Source: Candidatus Thorarchaeota archaeon (lineage in GTDB: Archaea > Asgardarchaeota > Thorarchaeia > Thorarchaeales > Thorarchaeaceae). Taken from it: a DNA stretch of 64,000 nt. A model generated the notes under the pieces. The model saw nothing but the letters and a program-made list of their open reading frames with translations, searched no databases and had not been told where the DNA came from. The translations under genes and the position numbers were made by a program. The first letter of the stretch is position 1, and each line of letters begins with the position of its first letter. The stretch lies in NCBI GenBank assembly GCA_018238375.1, contig JABCTJ010000008.1, forward strand, positions 5 through 64,004, read 5' to 3'. Positions 27,785-35,481 of the stretch are shown in pieces.

Positions 27785-29704
27785 TCAGGTACCCTCCTGT
27801 TTGATTGCACCTTGTGGACATACAGCAACGCATGTTCCGCAAAAATTACACATTGTCTGATCAATCACTGCCTGTCCAGTTTCCGTATCGAGATACATAG
27901 CTGGACATGACAAGCGATTCAAACAACGTTTGCATGAATTACAGAGTTCAGAATCGACGTAGTAAGGTGGGGGGAACTCGCCAGTCTTACGGCGCTCAGC
28001 GGCTTCAAGGAGTGCACAAGGGGCAATTGAAACTAGTACTGATGGTTTATGATTTTCTCTTGACCATGTGGTCATCTCTCGAACTGCAGCAACAAGACCT
28101 GCTAAGGAGGCGAATGGATCGATTGTCTTCACATATTCCACTCCAAGTCCCTTGCAGACTTTTGCAATGTTGATTGGTGGTACCTTTTCCTGCATTCCTG
28201 TGACACCAGTTCCTGGATGAGGTTGGTGTCCGGTCATTGCAGTTGTGCGATTGTCAAGTATGACAAGACTAATTCTATGCTGATTGTAAACAGCATTGGC
28301 AATCCCAGGTAATCCAGCTGCGAAGAAGGTACTGTCACCTATTGTAGCAACAACATCTTGGTCTGTGACTTCAGCTAGACCACAGGCTGTTGTAATTGAA
28401 GAACCCATGTCGAATAGAATGTCAGCGGTTTCTAATGGTGGTGAAATGCTGAGCGTATAGCACCCGATGTCCGATGGGTAGATTGCTTTTCCACGTGTAG
28501 CTACTCGAATTGCATAGTACGAAGCCCTGTGAGGACATCCAGCACAAAGAAGTGGAGGTCGTGGAGGCAATGCCGAGATTTCACTAGCTTTCTGGTCGAT
28601 TACTTTCCAGTTAATACTCGTATTACGATTCAGAATCTTTGAGAGGGCTTCAATCACAATTCGTGGACTGTATTCGAGCGTTCGAGGGAAGAAACCCTGT
28701 TCTTTACCGAGAATGTTTACCTTGATTCCGTTGAGCTGTGCAATCCTTCTAGCATGTGTTTCCAAGAATGGATCAAGTTCCTCGACTATCACCACTTGCT
28801 TATGATGCTTGAGAAACTTTGATATCATCTTCTCAGGAACAGGATGTGTTATTCCAAGCTTCAAGGTTTCAGCGTCAATGTCTAAAGCTGATAAAGCCTC
28901 AATCACATAATTGTATGAAACTCCACTAGTTATTATTCCCAGATTTCCACTACCAATTGTGAAGTTGAGCTTTGATGATTCTGAGATTTCCATTGCCAGT
29001 TCAATCTGTTTCAAGAGCCAAGAATGGCGAATTCGAGCTACTGAAGGTATTGGCACAAATCTGAATGGGTCTTTGACAAATTCAACCTTCTTTGGTCTGT
29101 CTCGAATCGGGCCGAATGTGACTGGTGACCTAGTATGATTGATTCGAGTGGTTGTACGAAAGAGAATAGGTAGCTCGAGCTTCTCTGAGATTTCGTAAGC
29201 TTGGAGCAGCATTGACTTCGCTTCAGAGGGATCAGACGGTTCTATTAGAGGCATATTACCCATAAGCGCGTAGTAACGAGAATCGTTCTCGTTTTGGGAG
29301 CTCCACATGCTTGGATCGTCAGCAACAACTATGACCATCCCACCTCGAACTCCAACATAAGCTAATGAGAAGAACGGATCGGCTGCTACATTGAGACCGG
29401 GTCCTTTACATACCATCATGGATCGAACGCCAGCTACGGCAGCAGCTCCAGCGACTTCCATTGCAACTTTTTCGTTAGTACTGAATTCGAAATAGAAATC
29501 GGGTATATGTGGCGCCATGAAAGTGAGATTGTTTCCTATCTCACTACTTGGAGTACCAGGGTACAAAGCAACCAGACGTACTCCCGCCTCAAGCACCCCA
29601 CGTGCTATCGATTCGTTGGCAAGTAGAAGTATTTCTTTGCCAACGTTGTCTTCCAGAAGCTGTTTCGGTTTGGTCACTGATTTGCCTCCTTCTCGCATTC
29701 GCAC
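27785..29704 (-). CDS. iorA: Indolepyruvate:ferredoxin oxidoreductase alpha subunit
   Basis: 639 aa. LLLANESIARGVLEAGV, a TPP-binding GDSTFFAAGLPG motif and a C-terminal 2x[4Fe-4S] motif (CNSCKRC...CPA, CNFCGTCVAVCP). Confidence 0.9.
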   Translation of the reverse strand: MRMREGGKSVTKPKQLLEDNVGKEILLLANESIARGVLEAGVRLVALYPGTPSSEIGNNLTFMAPHIPDFYFEFSTNEKVAMEVAGAAAVAGVRSMMVCKGPGLNVAADPFFSLAYVGVRGGMVIVVADDPSMWSSQNENDSRYYALMGNMPLIEPSDPSEAKSMLLQAYEISEKLELPILFRTTTRINHTRSPVTFGPIRDRPKKVEFVKDPFRFVPIPSVARIRHSWLLKQIELAMEISESSKLNFTIGSGNLGIITSGVSYNYVIEALSALDIDAETLKLGITHPVPEKMISKFLKHHKQVVIVEELDPFLETHARRIAQLNGIKVNILGKEQGFFPRTLEYSPRIVIEALSKILNRNTSINWKVIDQKASEISALPPRPPLLCAGCPHRASYYAIRVATRGKAIYPSDIGCYTLSISPPLETADILFDMGSSITTACGLAEVTDQDVVATIGDSTFFAAGLPGIANAVYNQHRISLVILDNRTTAMTGHQPHPGTGVTGMQEKVPPINIAKVCKGLGVEYVKTIDPFASLAGLVAAVREMTTWSRENHKPSVLVSIAPCALLEAAERRKTGEFPPPYYVDSELCNSCKRCLNRLSCPAMYLDTETGQAVIDQTMCNFCGTCVAVCPQGAIKQEGT

Positions 29705-29817
29705 GAATGTTGTCGGGCGAAGAAAGAATCGTTGGTATCAGTCTTGCGGTACTGGACTTTATGGACCCAAAACACTAAACAAAATCGCAAATATGGAAAT
29801 ACAGCCGGTAAATTCCA

Positions 29818-29834
29818 TAGAACACGTGTTCCAA
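29818..29834. promoter_or_regulatory. Palindromic box TAGAACACGTGTTCCAA (copy 1)
   Basis: The core GAACACGTGTTC is a perfect 12-nt palindrome. The 17-mer is identical to the copy at 30098..30114. Confidence 0.7.
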
Positions 29835-29891
29835 GCATTTCGATCACATATTACACAAATAGCTATCCATGTATTCGGCTAATATGACATA

Positions 29892-29916
29892 ACACCCCTT
29901 CATTTCCACTGGAGAA
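29892..29916 (-). repeat. ORB-like element (origin recognition box), G-string distal
   Basis: The minus strand reads TTCTCCAGTGGAAATGAAGGGGTGT: a TCCA-G-TGGA dyad, AAAT, a spacer and GGGGT. Confidence 0.65.
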
Positions 29917-30035
29917 TAGTATGTGAGATGCGTTGGGTGGTTATATATATAATATAATAAAATGGAGATAATCATCGGGTTCGAAAACATCTATATATAC
30001 TTTTCGACATCTATTCTTATCGATATCGCTCTTAT

Positions 30036-30057
30036 TTTCCACTGGAAATACAGGGGT
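30036..30057 (+). repeat. ORB-like element, inverted relative to 29892..29916
   Basis: The plus strand reads TTTCCACTGGAAATACAGGGGT. Confidence 0.65.
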
Positions 30058-30097
30058 TAGAGAGCTGCATTGATCGAAATAAACATGAAATGAGATT

Positions 30098-30114
30098 TAG
30101 AACACGTGTTCCAA
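30098..30114. promoter_or_regulatory. Palindromic box TAGAACACGTGTTCCAA (copy 2)
   Basis: Identical 17-mer to copy 1, placed symmetrically on the other side of the ORB pair. Confidence 0.7.
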
Positions 30115-30151
30115 CAATTGTAATACAATAAATACGAAAACTGGAACAGTC

Positions 30152-30451
30152 TTATGTCACTTCTTCAAGTATTTCGAAGATTCGAATTGTCAGAATATCC
30201 TGATATGAGTTGAAGAGAGAATTAAATTCACCTTGATATTCTCCCGGTACAAAGATCGCAGAGTCAGCAACAGCTTCTGCACCTATGCACTCATCTAGTA
30301 ACCCTGGTTTTCGTTTTTGTTTGATCCCCGTCTTTGTCTTCCAGGAATACAAGAATCCGTAAAGCTCCTTGGTAAAAGAAACCCTTCTGGCATTTCTCTG
30401 ACGAGCATGTTTACAGTCATAGAGATAAACAAAATTTGCCATCTTTCTCAT
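30152..30451 (-). CDS. Small orphan protein (99 aa, or 96 aa from the second Met)
   Basis: An ORF between palindromic boxes 2 and 3. The sequence is MRKMANFVYLYDCKHARQRNARRVSFTKELYGF... and no family is recognised. Confidence 0.45.
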   Translation of the reverse strand: MRKMANFVYLYDCKHARQRNARRVSFTKELYGFLYSWKTKTGIKQKRKPGLLDECIGAEAVADSAIFVPGEYQGEFNSLFNSYQDILTIRIFEILEEVT

Positions 30452-30458
30452 CTAAAAC

Positions 30459-30473
30459 TAGAACACATGTTCT
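30459..30473. promoter_or_regulatory. Palindromic box variant TAGAACACATGTTCT (copy 3)
   Basis: Half-sites AGAACA/TGTTCT. It lies 8 nt upstream of the ATG of the 99-aa ORF (minus strand). Confidence 0.6.
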
Positions 30474-30588
30474 GATTTTTTAGTTCAAGTATTACAGGTA
30501 CAAGAGGGAAGGCTTAAAGCGGAAATGCATTGCTCAACAGCCGCCCCAGTCCTTGGGTCACATTCCCATCTTTCAAGGAGGAAATGTC

Positions 30589-31902
30589 ATGAACATCATT
30601 GGCCTGAGAAAAGAAGAGAAGATGTTCGAAACTAGAGTCCCTGTTGTTCCTGAGCATATCAAGCTCTTGAGCACCAAACATGGGATTCAGTTCGCTGTTG
30701 AACCGAGTAATCAACGCGCTTTTGGACCAGACGAATTTGAAAAAGTTGGCGCGCAGATCAAACCCCTAAAGGGAACAGAAGTTTCTGTGATTCTGGGAGT
30801 GAAAGAGATGCCCAACGACTTCTACGAAAAAGGAAAGACGTACGTTTTCTTCAGCCATACAATCAAGGGCCAGAAATACAATATGCCAATGTTGAAGAAA
30901 ATCATGAACGTAGGTGCAACTCTTATCGATTACGAACGCATTGTGAATGAGAAAGGGTTCAGATTAATCTTCTTTGGCAACTGGGCTGGCCTCGCAGGGA
31001 TGTCCGAAACATTTCGTATTCTGGGCTTAAGACTCGAGGTCGAAGGTATTAAACCGAATCCATTCTCTGGTATGAAACATACTGCACAATACAAAGACCT
31101 TAATGGACTCAAAAAAGGAATCCAAGCATTGGGCAAACGCATCAAAGAACAAGGTCTGCCTGACTCTTTGACACCTTTCATCGTTGGATTTGCAGGATAC
31201 GGGAATGTATCACGGGGTGCCCAAGAAATATTCGACATACTCCCATACGAAACAATAGAACCCAAAAACCTAGCCAATGTTACAGCAAAACGGGATCTGC
31301 TCTACAAATGTGTCTTCAAGGAAGAGCATATGGTAAAGCCGCTAAACTCCTCAGCAAAATTCGAACTCATGGACTATTACGAACATGGTGCTACGAAATA
31401 CAAGGGCAAATTCGAATCTTATATTCCTCATTTGACAGTACTAATAAATTGCATCTACTGGACGAAGAAGTCCCCACGTCTAGTTACAAAAAACTTCATC
31501 CGAAAGCACTGGAATAATTCTAATCGCCGCCTACGAATTGTCGGAGATATATCGTGTGATGTTAACGGCGCAATGGAATTCACTCTTCAGTGTACCGATG
31601 CTGGCGAACCCGCATTCACCTACCTTGTGGATGAAGATCGTGCGGTTTTGGGCGTAGAAGGTAATGGACCAGTTGTCATGGCAGTAGACAATCTCCCCAC
31701 AGAGCTTCCACGCGAATCATCCACTTCATTCAGCGAAACTCTGCTAGATTTCATACCTGCTCTAGCAAAGGCTGATTTCACAGTTCCTTTTAGTCAGCTC
31801 ACGCTTCCCAGAGAGCTCAAGGATGCAACGATTGTGTACAACGGAGAGCTGACCAAGAATTACGAATACCTCAAAAATCACTTGCTAACCAAGGAGAATT
31901 AA
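30589..31902 (+). CDS. Lysine-ketoglutarate reductase-type saccharopine dehydrogenase (AlaDH/PNT fold; LKR half of eukaryotic AASS)
   Basis: MNIIGLRKEEKMFETRVPVVPEHIKLL, TYVFFSHTIKGQKYNMPML, LIDYERIV, FGNWAGLAGM and GYGNVSRGAQEIF are collinear with the LKR domain of animal AASS as I recall it. The ATG at 30589 is preceded by GGAGG. Confidence 0.8.
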   Translation: MNIIGLRKEEKMFETRVPVVPEHIKLLSTKHGIQFAVEPSNQRAFGPDEFEKVGAQIKPLKGTEVSVILGVKEMPNDFYEKGKTYVFFSHTIKGQKYNMPMLKKIMNVGATLIDYERIVNEKGFRLIFFGNWAGLAGMSETFRILGLRLEVEGIKPNPFSGMKHTAQYKDLNGLKKGIQALGKRIKEQGLPDSLTPFIVGFAGYGNVSRGAQEIFDILPYETIEPKNLANVTAKRDLLYKCVFKEEHMVKPLNSSAKFELMDYYEHGATKYKGKFESYIPHLTVLINCIYWTKKSPRLVTKNFIRKHWNNSNRRLRIVGDISCDVNGAMEFTLQCTDAGEPAFTYLVDEDRAVLGVEGNGPVVMAVDNLPTELPRESSTSFSETLLDFIPALAKADFTVPFSQLTLPRELKDATIVYNGELTKNYEYLKNHLLTKEN

Positions 31903-31904
31903 AA

Positions 31905-33221
31905 ATGCAAAAAGTACTCTGTCTTGGTGCGGGTCTCGTAGCCCGCCCGTACATTCAATACTTGTGCAAACATGGATTTCATGTCATTGTGGCCAGTCGA
32001 ACAAAAAGCAAGGCCGAGCGATTGATTGAAGGGTGTAAGAGCGCAGAAGCTGTCGCCCTGAATATCAAGACCGATGATGAACTACTTGACAAGCTAGTTG
32101 CCAAAGCTGACCTGACTTGTTCGTTGCTACCTTACACATATCACGTGAAAGCTGCAAAACTAGCAATCAAATATCGCAAGCCATTCTGCACGACTTCATA
32201 CATTTCTGATGAAATGCAGGCCCTAGATGATGAGGCAAAGAAAGCAAGAATCTTGGTACTGAATGAGTGTGGAGTTGATCCTGGAATCGATCACATGAGT
32301 GCCATGAAGATAATCGATGACATTCACAACAAGGGCGGCAAGGTCATAAGTTTCACATCTTTTACTGGAGGACTTCCTGCTCCTGATGCCAATAACAATC
32401 CATTTGGTTACAAACTCTCTTGGAGTCCAAGAGGCGTTCTTCTTGCAGGCAGAAACGATGCACATTTCCTGCGTGACGGCAAGGATGTAGTGATTCCGGG
32501 TCCTGAACTCTTTGATAATTATGAAATCATGGAGGTTCCAGGTATGGGGAAGTTTGAAGGATATCCCAATAGAGACAGTACATCCTACATTGACATCTAC
32601 AATATATCAGAAACAAAAACAATGCTACGTGGAACCTTCAGAAACCCCGGTTGGTGCAGCACTCTCAAGAAAATTGCAGATTTGGGTCTACTAGAACTTG
32701 ATGAACATGTCTTTGAAAATATGACATACGCAGATATAATGCGTAAGCTGATAGATTCCAAAAATGGCGATATACAAGGCGCAGTTGCTGAAGCAGCCGG
32801 TCTCAAGAAGAGTGACCCAATCATTTCCCGTCTGGATTGGCTTGGCCTCTTCAATGATACAGAGATTCCTTCGAATGTTACAACATATCTCGATGCACTA
32901 TGTCATCTCTTTGAAGAGAAGCTGCAGTATGCTCCTGGAGAACGTGACATGATAGTCATGCATCACGAGTTTATAGCAGAGTACAGTGATAGGAAGGAGA
33001 AGATAACATCAACACTGATTGACTATGGTATTCCAAATGGTGACAGCTCAATGTCAAGAACTGTTGCACTACCTGTAGCAGTAGCAAGCAGAATGATACT
33101 TGAAGGGAGAATCAACCTAACCGGAGTCCACAGACCAATCATATCTGAACTATACGAGCCGATTCTAAACGAACTTGAAAGCCTTGGAATCAAGCTTGAA
33201 GATCGCATTACAGCACTGTGA
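31905..33221 (+). CDS. Saccharopine dehydrogenase (NADP+, L-glutamate-forming; SDH half of AASS)
   Basis: 438 aa. KVLCLGAGLVARPYIQYL, GVDPGIDHMSAMKIID, GGLPAP, NPFGYKLSWSPRGVL and EGYPNRDSTSY. It starts 2 nt after the LKR stop. Confidence 0.85.
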   Translation: MQKVLCLGAGLVARPYIQYLCKHGFHVIVASRTKSKAERLIEGCKSAEAVALNIKTDDELLDKLVAKADLTCSLLPYTYHVKAAKLAIKYRKPFCTTSYISDEMQALDDEAKKARILVLNECGVDPGIDHMSAMKIIDDIHNKGGKVISFTSFTGGLPAPDANNNPFGYKLSWSPRGVLLAGRNDAHFLRDGKDVVIPGPELFDNYEIMEVPGMGKFEGYPNRDSTSYIDIYNISETKTMLRGTFRNPGWCSTLKKIADLGLLELDEHVFENMTYADIMRKLIDSKNGDIQGAVAEAAGLKKSDPIISRLDWLGLFNDTEIPSNVTTYLDALCHLFEEKLQYAPGERDMIVMHHEFIAEYSDRKEKITSTLIDYGIPNGDSSMSRTVALPVAVASRMILEGRINLTGVHRPIISELYEPILNELESLGIKLEDRITAL

Positions 33222-33307
33222 GCTAGAACCCCCAACTCGGGGCCACTCACAAGCTACCCCCTCAAGAATAGAACAATCCATGCAATATAGCTACTCTGAG
33301 GAACAGC

Positions 33308-33934
33308 TTACTTACCAATTTGTATCTGAATCGCTGCCAATACCTCTTCTGCTCTCTCAATGTCGCTTTGAACCTCTGGCAGCTCTGTCTTGAGACGGTA
33401 TGTATAACCTGATCTGTTGCCATGTCTCTCTAGATGCGCTTCACCGTTATTCCACATCCGTGCGAGGTACGTTGATGCAGTACTTTTCGGCAAGTCTTCC
33501 TCAAACGTAGATTCATAGATCTCTGCCACATCCAATGATGAGAACTTTCCATGTTTGAACGAGGCATAGATTATCATCTGCATCTTCTCATAGTTGCTCA
33601 TAGATTCATAGCTAATGTTTTCGAAATTAACATCTGCCAACTCTTCAACTGTTGGGGCGAATATGCAGCCTGTACTAGTTTCTAAGAACACCTTAAACTT
33701 TCCAACCATCTCTTCGGGATTCCCTTTTACTTGGAAGCTTGATTCTTCTCCAGTCGATTCATCAGAAACTAGAATCTTGAAATCAAAAGGCGATTGGGTA
33801 AGTGAAAGAATCTTTTGAAACCGATTGAGAGCTTCATCTGGCCTGACATATTTACATTGAAAGATCTCGCGCAAACCAGGTCCTGAGCTATATGTGAACT
33901 CGTAAACGTAATTGGTTCTTTCACCTTCCGCCAT
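33308..33934 (-). CDS. Hypothetical protein with a C-terminal winged-helix-like domain
   Basis: 208 aa. ..LDVAEIYESTFEEDLPKSTASTYLARMWNNGEAHLERHGNRSGYTYRLK fits helix-turn-helix plus a wing. Confidence 0.45.
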   Translation of the reverse strand: MAEGERTNYVYEFTYSSGPGLREIFQCKYVRPDEALNRFQKILSLTQSPFDFKILVSDESTGEESSFQVKGNPEEMVGKFKVFLETSTGCIFAPTVEELADVNFENISYESMSNYEKMQMIIYASFKHGKFSSLDVAEIYESTFEEDLPKSTASTYLARMWNNGEAHLERHGNRSGYTYRLKTELPEVQSDIERAEEVLAAIQIQIGK

Positions 33935-34138
33935 GATTTCATCATTCCCCGAATAAGCGGTCTATATTATTGCTATTCACAACGAATTACACACATTCCA
34001 CAAATAAATGTGAGTATGTGAATTACCAATACCTGGATAAGCGCAAGATATTGCGCCTGTATACGTTCAAGACCCCCCTGTCACGATTTTCCTGTGATGG
34101 CATGTTCTACACTCCGTAATGAACATAATAAGGCCTAT

Positions 34139-34163
34139 CCGCCCCTTAACTGGAAAAATAAGC
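34139..34163 (-). repeat. Degenerate ORB-like half element
   Basis: The minus strand reads CTTATTTTTCCAGTTAAGGGGCGG. The half-dyad TTCCAG and the G-string are retained and the TGGAAA half is missing. Confidence 0.35.
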
Positions 34164-34244
34164 GATTATTCCATATCTTCAAGCATTCACTAGAATATGT
34201 GGCTTGTGAATAGCCTATAGGGGATAAAGAGCTCTTCTTACTCA

Positions 34245-34268
34245 GTTCCAGTGGAAACGGAGGGGTGT
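34245..34268 (+). repeat. ORB-like element (best match in the window)
   Basis: The plus strand reads GTTCCAGTGGAAACGGAGGGGTGT: dyad, AAAC, GGA and GGGGT. Confidence 0.7.
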
Positions 34269-34414
34269 GTCCATTCACAAGGATGAACGGCATTATGAAC
34301 CCCTTTTACATACAATAAAGGCTCATAGCTCCCTATTTCTCTGGACAATTCACAATTATGGCGCCATTCACAACAGAATGATGTGAATTAGTGTTAATGT
34401 GGTGAATATGATAA

Positions 34415-35425
34415 TCAAAGGCGTATTAAATAATCGTCCCAACTTTCTCCAAGCACTATCTGGCTGAACTCTTCTCCAGATCGTCTATCCATAACGGATT
34501 CAAGCCGTCCTTTGGCTTTCACGTCCATTCCCTTTGAAACCTGCTCTGTGAAACGTCCTCGGTAGCTCACAAGTTTCCTTAGATCGTCAAGCCTGTCGCA
34601 TTGAACCCCATACGCACATGGAGTGAAGATTGAATCATGATCATCTGTCACATGACACTTGACTGTTAGCGTTCCTTCATTATGAATCGTAAAATCCCCA
34701 TACTTGTACCCAATCTCATCCGGTGATTTGACCATCCGAATGAAGAACTCATACCCGCCGGAGAGTCCTTGTAAAACCTTGTTTGATTCAACCTTTCGCA
34801 AAACATCACGCCATCGAGGATTTTCACCCCATCTGAATGTTACATGCTTATCCAGTAGCTCGCCTGCATACCAACCCAAGTTCCCAATCGCATGAAACTG
34901 CTCCTTCAGAATGGAGTGTACCTTTCTTGCTGGCTTTTCGCCATAAATTACGAGGTCCACGTCAGATTCACCCGAAGCAAGCCCAACCAGTTGAGACCCT
35001 GTAAGCCCAATGGCCCCCCATTCAATTCCCGTTATGTCAACCAATGTTTGAGCCAAGTCCAAAGATGCCTGCTGCAATGAGCTTGAATGTCGTCCCATAT
35101 CTCCTAACTGGCGTAGATAATCAACTGGGTCAAGGACAAATGCAATCCTATTCAAGGGCACAGCCTGCAATTGCCGTCCACGGGCTTCATCAAACCAGAG
35201 GTATTCGCTATGCTCTCTTTGTAGATAGTCTTCACGTTCTTTCAGCGCGGTGATTTTTCTATATCGAACCCCACTTGAAGAAACACGATTTCCATTCTGG
35301 GCAGGCAAATACCTCAGGTATGCGACTACTCGATTCTTGGGATGAACGACACCTTTCACCTCAAAGATGTGATCGTCATCAGTGACAAGGAAAAACCCCT
35401 CAACAGTTTGAAGATTCAATACCAA
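34415..35425 (-). CDS. Pol-beta-superfamily nucleotidyltransferase domain protein
   Basis: 336 aa. GLTGSQLVGLASGESDVDLVIYG matches the G-S...D-x-D nucleotidyltransferase motif. The rest is unassigned. Confidence 0.55.
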   Translation of the reverse strand: MVLNLQTVEGFFLVTDDDHIFEVKGVVHPKNRVVAYLRYLPAQNGNRVSSSGVRYRKITALKEREDYLQREHSEYLWFDEARGRQLQAVPLNRIAFVLDPVDYLRQLGDMGRHSSSLQQASLDLAQTLVDITGIEWGAIGLTGSQLVGLASGESDVDLVIYGEKPARKVHSILKEQFHAIGNLGWYAGELLDKHVTFRWGENPRWRDVLRKVESNKVLQGLSGGYEFFIRMVKSPDEIGYKYGDFTIHNEGTLTVKCHVTDDHDSIFTPCAYGVQCDRLDDLRKLVSYRGRFTEQVSKGMDVKAKGRLESVMDRRSGEEFSQIVLGESWDDYLIRL

Positions 35426-35481
35426 TCAGAAACATCAACCATAGCACGATGTTAAAAACGTGTAGCAAATGATGTCAAACC

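Larger units (their letters stand above)
29892..30057. other. Candidate replication origin: inverted ORB pair flanking an AT-rich unwinding element
   Basis: The two inverted ORB-like elements are 119 bp apart. The interval contains TTATATATATAATATAATAAAAT and CTATATATAC. No ORF lies here. Confidence 0.55.
33975..34407. repeat. Iteron-like ATTCACAA / TGTGAAT repeats
   Basis: ATTCACAA occurs at 33975, 34273, 34348 and 34366. ATTCAC occurs at 34185 and the variant ATTCCACAA at 33995. Inverted TGTGAAT/GTGAAT occurs at 34017, 34205, 34382 and 34402. Confidence 0.7.

Noticed and set aside
29892-30057. The inverted ~25-bp repeats could be terminal inverted repeats of a MITE or degenerate CRISPR repeats.
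   Set aside because: There are only inverted pairs, not a regularly spaced direct array, so this is not CRISPR. I see no target-site duplication. The repeat sequence matches the ORB dyad plus G-string pattern and encloses an AT-rich core. A MITE cannot be fully excluded without a genome-wide copy count.
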